The position numbers were made by a program, and so were the translations under genes. 64,000 bases of DNA from Candidatus Hydrogenedentota bacterium (GTDB lineage Bacteria > Hydrogenedentota > Hydrogenedentia > Hydrogenedentales > JAEUWI01). Location of the stretch: NCBI GenBank assembly GCA_034669905.1, contig JAXMOL010000008.1, forward strand, positions 116,659 through 180,658, in the 5' to 3' direction. Shown one piece after another: positions 39,711 to 50,059 of this stretch (position 1 is the stretch's first letter; every line of letters starts with the position of its first letter). The notes beneath the pieces are model-generated. The model searched no databases. It worked only from the letters and a program-made list of their open reading frames with translations, and had not been told where the DNA came from.

Positions 39711-40925
39711 ATGAAACGCACCGGTATACGATCCTTTCTCTGTCTTTTCTGCCTGGCCCTCGCGCCCGGCTATGCCATGGCCGATGCGGTGGATGGCGCC
39801 GCAGCGCCTGATGCCGCCGCCGATCTCCTGGCAGCCTCCCAGTATCTGAATGAGCTGCCGGCCTTTTCCGTGGCCGTGGCCATGACCTTCGACTTGACCG
39901 GCCCCGATGGGCAGAACGAGTCACTGACCCTCAACGGCACCCTGGATTTCGCCGGAGAGGAGCAAGCCCGCTTCAAAGTCGTGGCACCCGATGAATCCAT
40001 GGAACTTTTCGTTTCGAAGGACGCGACGTTTCTCTTCCTGAAAGAAATGAATCAGTACATGGACGGCGCCATCCTCGGTAGCCGGGAGAAAGCCCTGACC
40101 GCTATCCCCGCCGGCCCCTTCCGCGGTGCGCAGAAACTCCTGAGCGATTATGTACACATGGCCCCTGATTTTAAGCGAACCCTGGATGCGTCCACGGTTA
40201 CCGTGGCCACAGGCGCGCCCGCAGCGGGTATGAACACCTTTCGCGTCCAGGGTGATGGTATCGCCACCGAGTTTCAGATCCCCGGCGAGGGCAACCCCAC
40301 GGTGAAACAGTTCATGCTGGACCTCACGGAATTGGCGAAACAGGGCAATGCGGATATTCAGCGCGCCCACGTGACCTACACCTTCTCTGACTGGAACGTG
40401 GCACCTGAGTTTGCCGCCGACCACTTTACCTTTGCCATCCCCGAAGGGGCCACTCCCTTTGAACCCCCTTCACGGCAGCAGCCTGCGGAAAGCCCCCTCA
40501 TTGGTAAGCCCGCACCCGAGTTCACCATCCCCCTCTTCGCCGGTGGTGACCTGGACCTCGCGGCCCTCAAGAAGGAAGACAAAGTCGTCATCCTCGATTT
40601 CTGGGCTTCCTGGTGTGGCCCTTGCCGCATCGGCCTGCCCATCCTCACCAAGGTCGTTGAGAAATACAAGGACAAGGGCGTGGTCCTCTATGGCATCAAC
40701 GCCGGTGAAGACGAAGCCACCGTACAGGCCTTCCTGGAACAAACGGAACTCGACCTGACCGTGGCGATGGACCCGAAGCGCGCGGCCCAGCGTGCCTATG
40801 GCGCCAACAGCCTGCCCACCACTGCCATCATCGGCAAGGATGGCGTGGTCCGCGAAGTACACATCGGCGTGAGCCCCACCCTCGAGCAAGACCTCGACAA
40901 ACTGCTGGCCGAACTCACCGAATAG
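39711..40925 (+). CDS. Periplasmic DUF2092-like domain fused to a TlpA-type thioredoxin
   Basis: Signal peptide, the N-terminal domain ends in FSDWNV..F.F.IPEGA, and the C-terminal domain has LDFWASWCGPC and the cis-Pro loop LPT. Confidence 0.8.
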   Translation: MKRTGIRSFLCLFCLALAPGYAMADAVDGAAAPDAAADLLAASQYLNELPAFSVAVAMTFDLTGPDGQNESLTLNGTLDFAGEEQARFKVVAPDESMELFVSKDATFLFLKEMNQYMDGAILGSREKALTAIPAGPFRGAQKLLSDYVHMAPDFKRTLDASTVTVATGAPAAGMNTFRVQGDGIATEFQIPGEGNPTVKQFMLDLTELAKQGNADIQRAHVTYTFSDWNVAPEFAADHFTFAIPEGATPFEPPSRQQPAESPLIGKPAPEFTIPLFAGGDLDLAALKKEDKVVILDFWASWCGPCRIGLPILTKVVEKYKDKGVVLYGINAGEDEATVQAFLEQTELDLTVAMDPKRAAQRAYGANSLPTTAIIGKDGVVREVHIGVSPTLEQDLDKLLAELTE

Positions 40926-40950
40926 CTTTTTCTAAGTAACTCGAAACGAC

Positions 40951-40985
40951 ACGCGCTCCCCTCATTAACGGGGAGCGCGTTTTTT
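40951..40985 (+). terminator. Intrinsic terminator
   Basis: ACGCGCTCCCC-N8-GGGGAGCGCGT followed by TTTTT. Confidence 0.85.
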
Positions 40986-41280
40986 ATTGACGGGGCATCT
41001 CAGGGGCTGCCTCGCCCATCGTGATTGCGGGTAGGTGACAGGGCCGATGGCCCGCTCATGTCGTCGTTACCGGCCACTTCGTGAATGACGCTACCGAGAG
41101 GACATCTCGGTGACCAACCGTTCATAGCCCAAGAGATGGCTTGTATGGCACCGGTCTCTCTGTTACATTTGATTCCAACAACCCAACTCGAAATGCACAC
41201 CGCGCCGGTCCCAATCCAAGAACCCAAACATCAGAACGCGGACCGATAGTACGCAATTTACTTCAGAGGAACGAGAACCC

Positions 41281-42633
41281 ATGCCGCTCACCACAAGTAT
41301 CACCCTTCGTTCAGATAAATGTAGGCCGTTGCGGGTGGCCAGCATGGTGCTTCCCGCACGCCTCGCCATTATGCTTTCACTGACGCTGCTGGTGGAAGCT
41401 ACCTTGGCGCAGACGGTTCAGTTCAAGGCCGTGGGCACCGAGCCCGAGGCAGATCGCGCCCTTGCGTGTCGCAGCCTGATTGTGGGCCCCTGGAAAAACC
41501 AGCCGGAAGAATACGAAGGCTATAACGGCTTTGTGGGATGGCCCGGCATATCACGTCTGGCGTCGGGACGGTGGGTGCTTGCCTTCACGTCGGGCACGTG
41601 GCACGCCACGCCCCCCTGGACGGAGGAAATTCGAAAAGAAGAAGGCGTGCTGGAGCGTTTCGAGGCGTGGCACGAAATTGGTCTTCCCGACATACGGGCC
41701 CCGCGCGGTGGCCGCGCCCATGTCATGCACTCGGACGACGAAGGAATCACATGGACCACACCGACCACGCTGGTCGATACGGAAGACGACGACCGTCATC
41801 CGGCTATCCTGGAACTGGACAACGGGACGCAGATCGCCACGTTCTTCACCTACCGCTTCCCCCGGGAGGCCTACGCGAAATATATCCTCTCCCACGATGG
41901 CGGCGAAACGTGGACGGAACCCATGGATGCCTTGGGAACGCCCACGAAGGGCGGCTTTGGCAACGGTCCGGTCATCCAACTGAAGGATGGCACCGTGTTG
42001 TGGGTGGCCGAAGGAAATTTCGACGTGGCCCACGGGCACAGCTCGATCGGCGTCATGCGTTCCGAAGACCATGGCAAGACCTTCCAGCTTGCTTCCGTGG
42101 TGAAACGGGACCATGAACTGAATGAACCCACGGTGACAGAATTACCAGACGGACGTCTCGTCATGGCGATCCGACGCGAAGGGGACATCTGCTGGTCGGA
42201 CGACGGCGGACGGACCTGGGACATTGCGGACACGACCGATTGGGGTATCTATGACCCCCACCTCGTATACCTACCCAACGGCGTCCTCGCGCTGTTTCAC
42301 GGCTCCTACAAGAAGGGCGGCATCCGCGTGCTGCTGAGTCCCGATGGTGGAGAAACGTGGAACGGCCCGGGCGAAGGCTATGGCTACAGCGTGGACCGCA
42401 GCGTCTATGGCTACAGCCACCCCATGGTGCTCCCCGACGGGACGGTGTACCTGGTCTATCTCCACACGGGAGGCCATCGTCCACAAGACGCGCGCACCGA
42501 GGCCCTGTGGGGCTTGCGTGTGCGGGTCCATGATGACGCCGGCGGTATCGACATCCTCCCGGCAGCCGGCGCGGGCGATTCGGAGGAATCCGAGGGCGAT
42601 GGCGGCGATCCAGAATTGGGCGCGAAAGTGTAG
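41281..42633 (+). CDS. Secreted sialidase-like BNR/Asp-box protein
   Basis: Five Asp-boxes (SDDEGITW, SHDGGETW, SEDHGKTF, SDDGGRTW, SPDGGETW). Start may be 41344. Confidence 0.8.
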   Translation: MPLTTSITLRSDKCRPLRVASMVLPARLAIMLSLTLLVEATLAQTVQFKAVGTEPEADRALACRSLIVGPWKNQPEEYEGYNGFVGWPGISRLASGRWVLAFTSGTWHATPPWTEEIRKEEGVLERFEAWHEIGLPDIRAPRGGRAHVMHSDDEGITWTTPTTLVDTEDDDRHPAILELDNGTQIATFFTYRFPREAYAKYILSHDGGETWTEPMDALGTPTKGGFGNGPVIQLKDGTVLWVAEGNFDVAHGHSSIGVMRSEDHGKTFQLASVVKRDHELNEPTVTELPDGRLVMAIRREGDICWSDDGGRTWDIADTTDWGIYDPHLVYLPNGVLALFHGSYKKGGIRVLLSPDGGETWNGPGEGYGYSVDRSVYGYSHPMVLPDGTVYLVYLHTGGHRPQDARTEALWGLRVRVHDDAGGIDILPAAGAGDSEESEGDGGDPELGAKV

Positions 42634-42920
42634 ATGCCGTAGGGACGTGTTTTCATATACCCTCCGCAGGGGGCTGGTACAACGCGCCCCTTCGAGGTGG
42701 GCGCTGGCACCCTTCGGCACAACGCGTTGAGGCCCCCATCCCCAGCGCTGGGCTTAGAAACGAGAAGGACATATCAGCAATTGGTATTCACACCAAAGAA
42801 TGCATAGAATGCATAGGATAGTGGTTCTCTGAGCCCCCCCGGGAACTCTTTGCAGCCACCACTTCATCCTGTACGTTTCATACCGAACCATCTCGCGCAG
42901 TAAAACTAAGCGGCCTGACG

Positions 42921-42977
42921 AAAGAGATATTCCATGAAACACGACTACGTGCTCTTCCTCAAGAGCCTTATTCTCGT
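42921..42977 (+). repeat. Direct repeat B, copy 1 (leader plus signal-peptide start)
   Basis: Shares AAAGAGATA, ATGAAACA and AGAGCCTTATTCTCGT with 44976-45031. Confidence 0.75.
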
Positions 42978-44769
42978 CATTTCTGTGGCAATCGGTGGAG
43001 GATTCGCTTCTACCGAAAGCGCTCACGAGGATCCGGACTTCGTCCCCCGTCCTCGGAAGGTGTCCTTGAAAATCCAGGCAGTCAGCGCAACGGATGGCGC
43101 TCCCTTTCAACATTATGTACTTCAGATTCCCGCAGCAAATGAACGTCATTGGGCCGTAACTGTGGATAGAGCTGATGGCGTGTACAGCTCCTCCAACACC
43201 GCCCTTCTCGGTGCACCTGAGTTTCTCGCCGTGGTTACCGTACCGGGATTCGGGCGTGCGGAAATGCGAATCGTTCCGACAGGAATGGATGGCGAAGTTC
43301 ACCAAATTCCCGTAGAACGAGGAAAGGCGATGTCCGGCTGGATACGCTATGAAGACAAACGACCTGCCTTCGGTGCAAAGATTCTTTTTGGAAAAGGCTG
43401 GAAAAACGACACGTCGAATACTACCCCGATGGCCGTTACCGATAACCGTGGCGCCTTTGCGCTGTATGGGGTACCCGATACCCTGCTATCGATACATGTC
43501 GTAGCGAAATCGGGTGTGCTGGCGGAGGTTCCCATACGCCGTAGTGGAGATTGGGAAATCGTCCTGCCGGAGCCCAGCGGGCTAAGAGGTCGCGTTACGC
43601 TGAAAAACGGCGATGCCGTGGCAAATTGTCCCGTAAGGGCCTATCAGTACCCTCTCGCACGTCTTCGAGGCTACGTTTTAGGAAAGGAGCGGGAGACAAC
43701 GACCGACAAGGATGGTACCTATCAATTCGAGGGCCTGTGCAGCGGAGATTTGAATGTCGAGGTTCAACTGATAGGCACCGAGTTGGCCCAGGCCAAAAAT
43801 ATCGCTCTCAAGGATGGAGAGACCGGAAATCTCGATTTCCAATTCATTCCACCGGCGGCGGAACTACGGGGCACCGTTTGGGTGGACGGCATGCCCGCCT
43901 CGGCCGGTATTGTGCGTTATCCGGTCACCGGAAGCGTGGAGGATAGCAGTTATAGTCGCAAGGTGCCTATCACCGATGATGGCTCCTTCCGCATACCGGC
44001 CATCTTTCCCGGCGATGTCGTTCTGGCGATTGAGCTTACGCAGGGCCCCATGCGTGTCAGACAGCACCCTGTAACACTAAAAAAAGGATTGAACCAGACG
44101 GAAGTACGTTTTGTGGCAGGGGATGCGGTACTTGGTGGCACCTATCCTGTTTTGCCCGGACGCACACCGTTTTTACTCCGGGGGAACGTGAGTGTCTCGA
44201 CGGACCACGGTACAGACGTTATACGGTACGAGAAGCGTCCTGGAGAGGACGCTACATTCCGTATCGATGGATTACCAGCAGGCAATGCTACAGCCTACTA
44301 CCGTCTGCTCTATGCTTCCCCGAACCCCACCGCAGAATGGACTGGTCATCTTGAGCTGAAGAGGCGATACAAGCTCCAACTTACTGCAAGTGACGTGACC
44401 CAATTGGCGTTCAGGGATGGCTCCTGTTTCGTCACGCTGAAGCTCGAACGAACTGGGCCGAAGCAAATCTGGCTTATGGTCTTTGATGCCGCCCTTCCCC
44501 TACCTGACTTCGCGCACGTAAATGATAGTGAACTACTTCGATTCAACTTGAAACACCCACCTGTGTTGGAAGATCATCGGCGCGGCAAGAACAGCATCCA
44601 GATCGATGACTGGCCACCACTCCCGCCGGGAGACTACGTGCTTGTCGCGAGGCTTTCGGAAAGAGGTGGAGAAAGCAAGATAGATTCAGCAGTACCTTCC
44701 CATACCACGACACTGCCCTTCACCTTGAAGGAAGGGAAGCCTACGGCACTCATTGCTCGTGCGGAGTAG
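42934..44769 (+). CDS. Secreted protein with repeated carboxypeptidase-regulatory-like beta-sandwich domains
   Basis: Repeated LRGRV...TTTDKDGTYQFEGL, TDNRGAF and TDDGSFRI motifs. Codon usage looks more AT-rich than in neighbouring genes. Confidence 0.7.
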   Translation: MKHDYVLFLKSLILVISVAIGGGFASTESAHEDPDFVPRPRKVSLKIQAVSATDGAPFQHYVLQIPAANERHWAVTVDRADGVYSSSNTALLGAPEFLAVVTVPGFGRAEMRIVPTGMDGEVHQIPVERGKAMSGWIRYEDKRPAFGAKILFGKGWKNDTSNTTPMAVTDNRGAFALYGVPDTLLSIHVVAKSGVLAEVPIRRSGDWEIVLPEPSGLRGRVTLKNGDAVANCPVRAYQYPLARLRGYVLGKERETTTDKDGTYQFEGLCSGDLNVEVQLIGTELAQAKNIALKDGETGNLDFQFIPPAAELRGTVWVDGMPASAGIVRYPVTGSVEDSSYSRKVPITDDGSFRIPAIFPGDVVLAIELTQGPMRVRQHPVTLKKGLNQTEVRFVAGDAVLGGTYPVLPGRTPFLLRGNVSVSTDHGTDVIRYEKRPGEDATFRIDGLPAGNATAYYRLLYASPNPTAEWTGHLELKRRYKLQLTASDVTQLAFRDGSCFVTLKLERTGPKQIWLMVFDAALPLPDFAHVNDSELLRFNLKHPPVLEDHRRGKNSIQIDDWPPLPPGDYVLVARLSERGGESKIDSAVPSHTTTLPFTLKEGKPTALIARAE

Positions 44770-44975
44770 AAGAATAACGCTGCACGTCTCCACAAACGAA
44801 ATCGGTACAATGCCGATTCGGCTATTCCTTGCTGGACGAAATACGGTAAACGCGAGGTTCACCTTGATAACTAAAGTTTCGCCAGCCCCCTATTTTCAGC
44901 ACCATGTCTTCGTTGTTGGACATTGCCCTTCCCCGCTCTTTTAACTTTTGCGGTGAGGCCAACCTGTCCTATAGA

Positions 44976-45031
44976 AAAGAGATACCTATGAAACATTTCT
45001 ATCCCCACCTACTCCAGAGCCTTATTCTCGT
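44976..45031 (+). repeat. Direct repeat B, copy 2
   Basis: See 42921-42977; MKHFYPHLLQSLILV versus MKHDYVLFLKSLILV. Confidence 0.75.
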
Positions 45032-47144
45032 TTGCTCCACCCTACTCTTCGGGGTGGTCGCGGCGGCCACCCCCGTCTCTATTGTCCTCAGTCCAGACGC
45101 TCCGTCCCTGGAAAGACACGCCGCCGAAGAACTCCAAGTCTATGTGGAGAAGCTCTTCGGTCTGGAAGCCCCGATTGAAACCTCGGCGAACGAGGACGTC
45201 CCCCACTTCCGCATCGCCACCACGCCCAACGCTCCGGATGCCCAGTCCATCACCCTCCGGCGCGAGGGCGAGACCTTCCTCATCACTGGCGGAAGTCCCG
45301 TGGCAACCTTGTGGGCGGTCTATGAACTGGTCGACCGCTGGGGCGTCCGCTATCTCTATGACCGGGACGTATTGCCCGCGCCGAAGCCCTGGGCGGGCCT
45401 CCCCGATTGGGATGTCACCATGACGCCCAACATGCGGATTCGCTGCTGGCGCCTGGTAAACGACCTCGCCAGTGGCCCCATCTCCTGGAGCCTGGCAGAG
45501 AACCAACGCTTCCTCCGCCAGATGGCGAAGATGAAATACAACCGCATCCACGTTTCCCTGTGGCCCATGCAGCCCTTTGTGCACTATGAATTCCAGGGCA
45601 TGGAAAAGCCCCCCGGCGTGTTGAACTTCGGTGCGAAGTTTCCCATCGACGACGATACGGTCGGCCGCGAAAAGTTTGGCGACGTGAATTACTTCATGAA
45701 CCCGGAACTCCAGGGCAGCACCTCGCCGGAAGACCTGAACCAGCGCGGCATCGGACTCATTCGTGGCATCCTGAAGGAGGCCCGCGCCCTGGGTATGGAA
45801 ACGGGCCTCTCCATTCAGCCCTTCGAATGGCCCAAACAGTTCATGGAAGTCATGCCCGAATCCGAGCCGGTGAACCAACTCGGCATGCTCACGGCGGGCC
45901 CGGGCCACGCCCAATCCATGGACGACCCCCTGCTCCGCGACATGATCGCCACCATCATCCGCGCCTACATCGAGACCTACCCGGATGTCGACTACCTCCA
46001 CCTCAACACCCCGGAACACCGCAGTTGGGTCAGCCAGGCCGAATCGGCCGTGGAGAAGTTCCAGGAACGCTTCCCGGAGATGACACTCGGGAGCTACGAC
46101 GAACTCTGCGCACGGGCCCGCGCACGTACCTCTTTCCCCGGTGGCGGTGAGCGGGTGGAGAAAATGCTCAAGGGCGACGTGGCCTCCCTGTGGTTCCTGG
46201 ACTCCCTGATTCGGGAACGAGACCTGCTCAAACGGCCCAACAGCGACGAGCAAATCAAAATCGTATATACGGGCATTGTGGCCGAGCTCTTCCCGCTCGT
46301 TGAGGCCCTGATTCCGCCCGGTGGCGAAATCCTCAGCTTTATCGACTACACGGCGAGCCGCCAACTGAAGCAGCGGGACCTGTTGCGGCAGACGCCGAAG
46401 GACAGCGTGCCCGCCACCCTCACCTTCACCCTCGCAGACGACAATGTGGGTGTTTTGCCCCAGTTGGCCACGGGCTCCCTCCACCAACTCATGGGCGACC
46501 TCCGTCAGAGTGGCTGGGCCGGGTTCTACACCCGCTATTGGACCGCCAGCGACCTCAATCCCACCATCCACTACCTCGCCCGCGCCAGTTGGGATACATC
46601 GGTAACACCCCAATCCGCCTACCGTGACCAGTTTTCGACCATCTGTGGCAAAGCGGCCACCGGTCCCGCCTTGGAGGCCCTCGCCCTCCTGGAGGAAATC
46701 ACCCTTGGCCTCGACCAGCACGGACTCGGCTTCGGCTTTCCCGTGCCCAGCATGATGACGAAACATTTTTCGGCCGGCGGGCTCTCCGCCCCGTTGAAGG
46801 CCGACCACGGGCAATATCGTCTGGCCCTGGAAAAGATGGAAGCCGCCCACGAACGGGCCACACCGGCCGGCAAAGACTACACCGGCTACTACGTGGGCCG
46901 CCTGCGTTTCGCCGTCCGCTACCTCGACGCCGCCGAAGCCTTCGGCGCCACGTCGGTCGCATTAAAGGCAGAAGACACGGCGGAAGCGCGTAAGCAGATT
47001 GGCTGGGCCTATGAGGCCATTCGGGAGGCCCTGCAGGCCTACGTGGATGGTGCGGGCGACCACGGCGACCTCGGTGCGGTGGCGTTGATGAACGAATACT
47101 GCTACCGACCGATTCGGGATAAGAAGCAGGAGCTTGGGGGATAA
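44988..47144 (+). CDS. Secreted putative glycoside hydrolase with a GH20/GH67 N-terminal-like domain
   Basis: Signal peptide; AAEELQ.Y..K and ITGGSPVATLWAVYELV motifs, then a barrel-like region (MAKMKYNRI). Confidence 0.6.
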   Translation: MKHFYPHLLQSLILVCSTLLFGVVAAATPVSIVLSPDAPSLERHAAEELQVYVEKLFGLEAPIETSANEDVPHFRIATTPNAPDAQSITLRREGETFLITGGSPVATLWAVYELVDRWGVRYLYDRDVLPAPKPWAGLPDWDVTMTPNMRIRCWRLVNDLASGPISWSLAENQRFLRQMAKMKYNRIHVSLWPMQPFVHYEFQGMEKPPGVLNFGAKFPIDDDTVGREKFGDVNYFMNPELQGSTSPEDLNQRGIGLIRGILKEARALGMETGLSIQPFEWPKQFMEVMPESEPVNQLGMLTAGPGHAQSMDDPLLRDMIATIIRAYIETYPDVDYLHLNTPEHRSWVSQAESAVEKFQERFPEMTLGSYDELCARARARTSFPGGGERVEKMLKGDVASLWFLDSLIRERDLLKRPNSDEQIKIVYTGIVAELFPLVEALIPPGGEILSFIDYTASRQLKQRDLLRQTPKDSVPATLTFTLADDNVGVLPQLATGSLHQLMGDLRQSGWAGFYTRYWTASDLNPTIHYLARASWDTSVTPQSAYRDQFSTICGKAATGPALEALALLEEITLGLDQHGLGFGFPVPSMMTKHFSAGGLSAPLKADHGQYRLALEKMEAAHERATPAGKDYTGYYVGRLRFAVRYLDAAEAFGATSVALKAEDTAEARKQIGWAYEAIREALQAYVDGAGDHGDLGAVALMNEYCYRPIRDKKQELGG

Positions 47145-47356
47145 AATCTTCGTGTGGCTGCCGCGCGGGAGAATCCTTCAAGAGCTCATTGGCGAAATAG
47201 CGCCTTGTCCTTTGCAGGGGACGCACCCCCATCCAGTGCCCTGGCGATATCTCCCGACCCGCGCACGAACCGGCTATACTGGATCGCGCGGCACGATTGT
47301 TGGGTTTTGTTCGTTTGTTCCGAGAGCGCTTTTGTGAGTACCCACTAATCGCCCAT

Positions 47357-47396
47357 AAAAAAAACAATCACCCGTGTCGCTACGTGACACGGGTGA
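47357..47396 (-). terminator. Intrinsic terminator
   Basis: Hairpin TCACCCGTGTCGC/GTGACACGGGTGA followed on - by TTGTTTTTTTT. Confidence 0.7.
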
Positions 47397-47467
47397 CGAT
47401 GGGCCAGGAATGGCCGATTCATTTTCCAGACGACTTTGCTTTCTTCATTGGAAAGCCTGCCAAGCGA

Positions 47468-47689
47468 CTATTCATCCCCCCACAGTGCGAGGAATTCCCC
47501 CGCATCGGCGTCCTGCAATAGCTCGGGCCGAATGAGACGTTTCACGATCGGATCCGGCACGCGGGTGGTTTCGTCGGCCTCGGGAATATGGGTCAAGGTG
47601 CGAAGTACTTTCTTGTCATCGTCGCACTCGTAATACATCCAGGCATTGCCCTTTCCGGGTACAATCTGGGACGTCTTGTAGTAAATCAT
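47468..47689 (-). CDS. Small hypothetical protein (73 aa)
   Basis: GAGGAAG before the ATG, protein-like composition, terminator downstream. Confidence 0.65.
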   Translation of the reverse strand: MIYYKTSQIVPGKGNAWMYYECDDDKKVLRTLTHIPEADETTRVPDPIVKRLIRPELLQDADAGEFLALWGDE

Positions 47690-47778
47690 AGCTTCCTCGT
47701 TGTCTTCTGTCGTTGCGGTTGTGTCGCTTTATACAGGGTGCGCGTTCGAAAAGGCGCACGCGTTCATTCTCTTACGCT

Positions 47779-49788
47779 TCAGGCATCCGGTTCGGATGAT
47801 GCTTCCGTTTCTTCTATCAATTCGCCCAAACACGCCTGAGCGGCACTGAGTTGACTGTGACTGCCGACCAGGACCAGCACATCGCCCATCTTTACGACAT
47901 GGGATGCCGCCGGATTCGTTGTGGGCTCGCCCTCCCGGACCACCGCAATGATGGTCACACCGGAACGCGCCCGCAGATTCAATTCTGCAATGGTCTTATC
48001 AACGGCCTGACTGGTCTCGGAAACGTAGTAGGTCTGCGTGGCAGTAAGGCGGAATACCTGAAGTAGTTCCTGCAAACTTTCGGTCTGGGCCGCCGGCACT
48101 CCACGGAGGACCCCATAACCGCCCGAGCGCACGGTGGCTATCTGGGCCTGAATAACGTTGTCCGGCACCCGCAGCTCCGTGAGCACCTGGGCGAAGAGCT
48201 TGATCGAAATCTCAAAGTCGGCTGGAATGACGGTCGTGGCACCAAAGGCCAGCAGGGGTTCCAATTCTTCGATGAAATCGGTCCGCACGATGATGGGCAT
48301 TTCCTCGCGAAGTGCCCGTGCCTGGGTAACCATCAAGCGTGTTGCCCGTCGGTCGTTGATGGCTATCACGAAGGCCCGACAATTGTGCAGTCCCGCCTCC
48401 TCCAGGATCTGCATCCGGGTGCCATCCCCCACCACCACGTGAATGCCATCGTTCTGTGCCTCTTGCACCAACGCGCGGTTCATCTCCACCACGACACACG
48501 GGATCTTGGTGGATTCCAGCACACGACACAGATTTCTTCCGTTGACACCATAGCCCACCACAAGGACGCGCTGTTCGGCTACTTCTTCACTCCCGGAGCT
48601 CCCCTCCTTGTCTTCCCGTCCCAATAGCCGCACCACATTACGAGAAAGCACACCCGCCGTCGGTAGCTGGGTCGCCCCCAGAATCATGGTGCCCACGATA
48701 ATGGGGATCAGAATCTGGGGCAATTGGGGGTCGAGCAAGCCCGCCTTTTCCGTTTCCCGCAAAAAAATATAGCCAAACTCACTGACTGTACAGAGACCCA
48801 GTCCGGCGTGGATGCCGACGCGAAGGGGCCACCCGCCTGCGACGATGGCCGCCGAAGTGACAATCGTCTTGAAAATCAAAATGGTACCGACGATAAGGAG
48901 TATGATCGTCCAATTGGAGGCGACGAACTGAAGGTCAACCAACATGCCCAGGGATATGAAGAAGAGGGCGTTGAACACGTCGCGGAAGGGTGTTATCTCG
49001 GCCACCAGTTGATGGCGCAAATCAGCCTGGGCCAGCAACAAGCCGGCAATACAGGAACCCAAAGGGAGGGGCCAGCCGATAACCCCCGCGAAGGTCGCCC
49101 CGCCAAAGGCCATGAAAACGGCAAAGAGCGTGACCAACTCGGGACCGCCAAAACGTCCCAGTATTTTCAGGAAGCGGGGAAGCAAGATGCGGAGCAACAC
49201 GACCATACACAGCATGGCGGCAAGTCCGAGCACGGCCTTCAGAACGGATTGTGTCACCGAAAGCTCGGGACTGGGTGTCAGGAAGGGCAAGGTCAACATG
49301 AGCACGATGACGTAGACATCCTGAAAGAGGAGGTTGCCCGTACTGATAAGCCCCACCGGCGTCTGGATCTCTCCCCGGTCACTCAGGGTCTTCAGCACGA
49401 TGGCCGTACTGCTCAGGGAAATGGCCACCCCGACCAGACCGGACATGAGCAGTCCAAAGCCAAAGACGGACATCATGACGCCTATGACACCGAGGGTGGT
49501 CAGCCCCAACTGGAGCACGGTCATGACCACAATTCCCCTGCCTGCACGTACGAAGGACGAAGGCGACAGTTCAAGACCGATCACGAACAGGAGCAGTACC
49601 AGACCCAACTCGGCAAAGGTGTCCACTTCCTCTTTGCTGACCATTTCCAGCGCAAAGGGCCCGATGAGTATCCCGGTGAACAGAAAGCCGATAATGGAGG
49701 GCGCCTTCATCATCCGGAACAAGAGGGCAGCGACCAACGCCGTGCCAAAGAGGATGGCAGACTGAGAGAAGAGATGTGAATCGTGCAT
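47779..49788 (-). CDS. CPA2 cation:proton antiporter with TrkA-N and TrkA-C domains (Kef-type)
   Basis: AELGLVLLLFVIGLE, SSTAIVLK, PFRDVFNALFFISLG and VVGYGVNG; C-terminal RCK-C domain. Confidence 0.9.
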   Translation of the reverse strand: MHDSHLFSQSAILFGTALVAALLFRMMKAPSIIGFLFTGILIGPFALEMVSKEEVDTFAELGLVLLLFVIGLELSPSSFVRAGRGIVVMTVLQLGLTTLGVIGVMMSVFGFGLLMSGLVGVAISLSSTAIVLKTLSDRGEIQTPVGLISTGNLLFQDVYVIVLMLTLPFLTPSPELSVTQSVLKAVLGLAAMLCMVVLLRILLPRFLKILGRFGGPELVTLFAVFMAFGGATFAGVIGWPLPLGSCIAGLLLAQADLRHQLVAEITPFRDVFNALFFISLGMLVDLQFVASNWTIILLIVGTILIFKTIVTSAAIVAGGWPLRVGIHAGLGLCTVSEFGYIFLRETEKAGLLDPQLPQILIPIIVGTMILGATQLPTAGVLSRNVVRLLGREDKEGSSGSEEVAEQRVLVVGYGVNGRNLCRVLESTKIPCVVVEMNRALVQEAQNDGIHVVVGDGTRMQILEEAGLHNCRAFVIAINDRRATRLMVTQARALREEMPIIVRTDFIEELEPLLAFGATTVIPADFEISIKLFAQVLTELRVPDNVIQAQIATVRSGGYGVLRGVPAAQTESLQELLQVFRLTATQTYYVSETSQAVDKTIAELNLRARSGVTIIAVVREGEPTTNPAASHVVKMGDVLVLVGSHSQLSAAQACLGELIEETEASSEPDA

Positions 49789-49811
49789 AGGTCAGTGTGC
49801 TTTCACCGGGA

Positions 49812-49964
49812 TTAGAGCGACTTGTCGAGCAGTTCGTCTACTTCGTCCTGAAGAAGCCGCAGGATTTCTTTCTTGTTTTCTTCGGAGACCTTGTAGTGCT
49901 GTTTTTCTTCAAGCAGGGCAATGGTGCGTTGGGCTACCTGGTAGGCAAAATCATGAACTTTCAT
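49812..49964 (-). CDS. Small hypothetical protein (50 aa)
   Basis: GGAGG upstream of MKVHDFAYQVA...; amphipathic helical pattern. Confidence 0.6.
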   Translation of the reverse strand: MKVHDFAYQVAQRTIALLEEKQHYKVSEENKKEILRLLQDEVDELLDKSL

Positions 49965-49985
49965 GGCAACAATATCCTCCAAAAA

Positions 49986-50029
49986 GTAAAAAAAGCCATT
50001 TGACACGTCTAAGCGTGCCAAATGGCTTT
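49986..50029 (-). terminator. Intrinsic terminator after metK
   Basis: Hairpin AAAGCCATTTGACACG/CGTGCCAAATGGCTTT with a T-run on the - strand. Confidence 0.75.
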
Positions 50030-50059
50030 CACAAAATCAATCGGACATAGAGTTAACGT

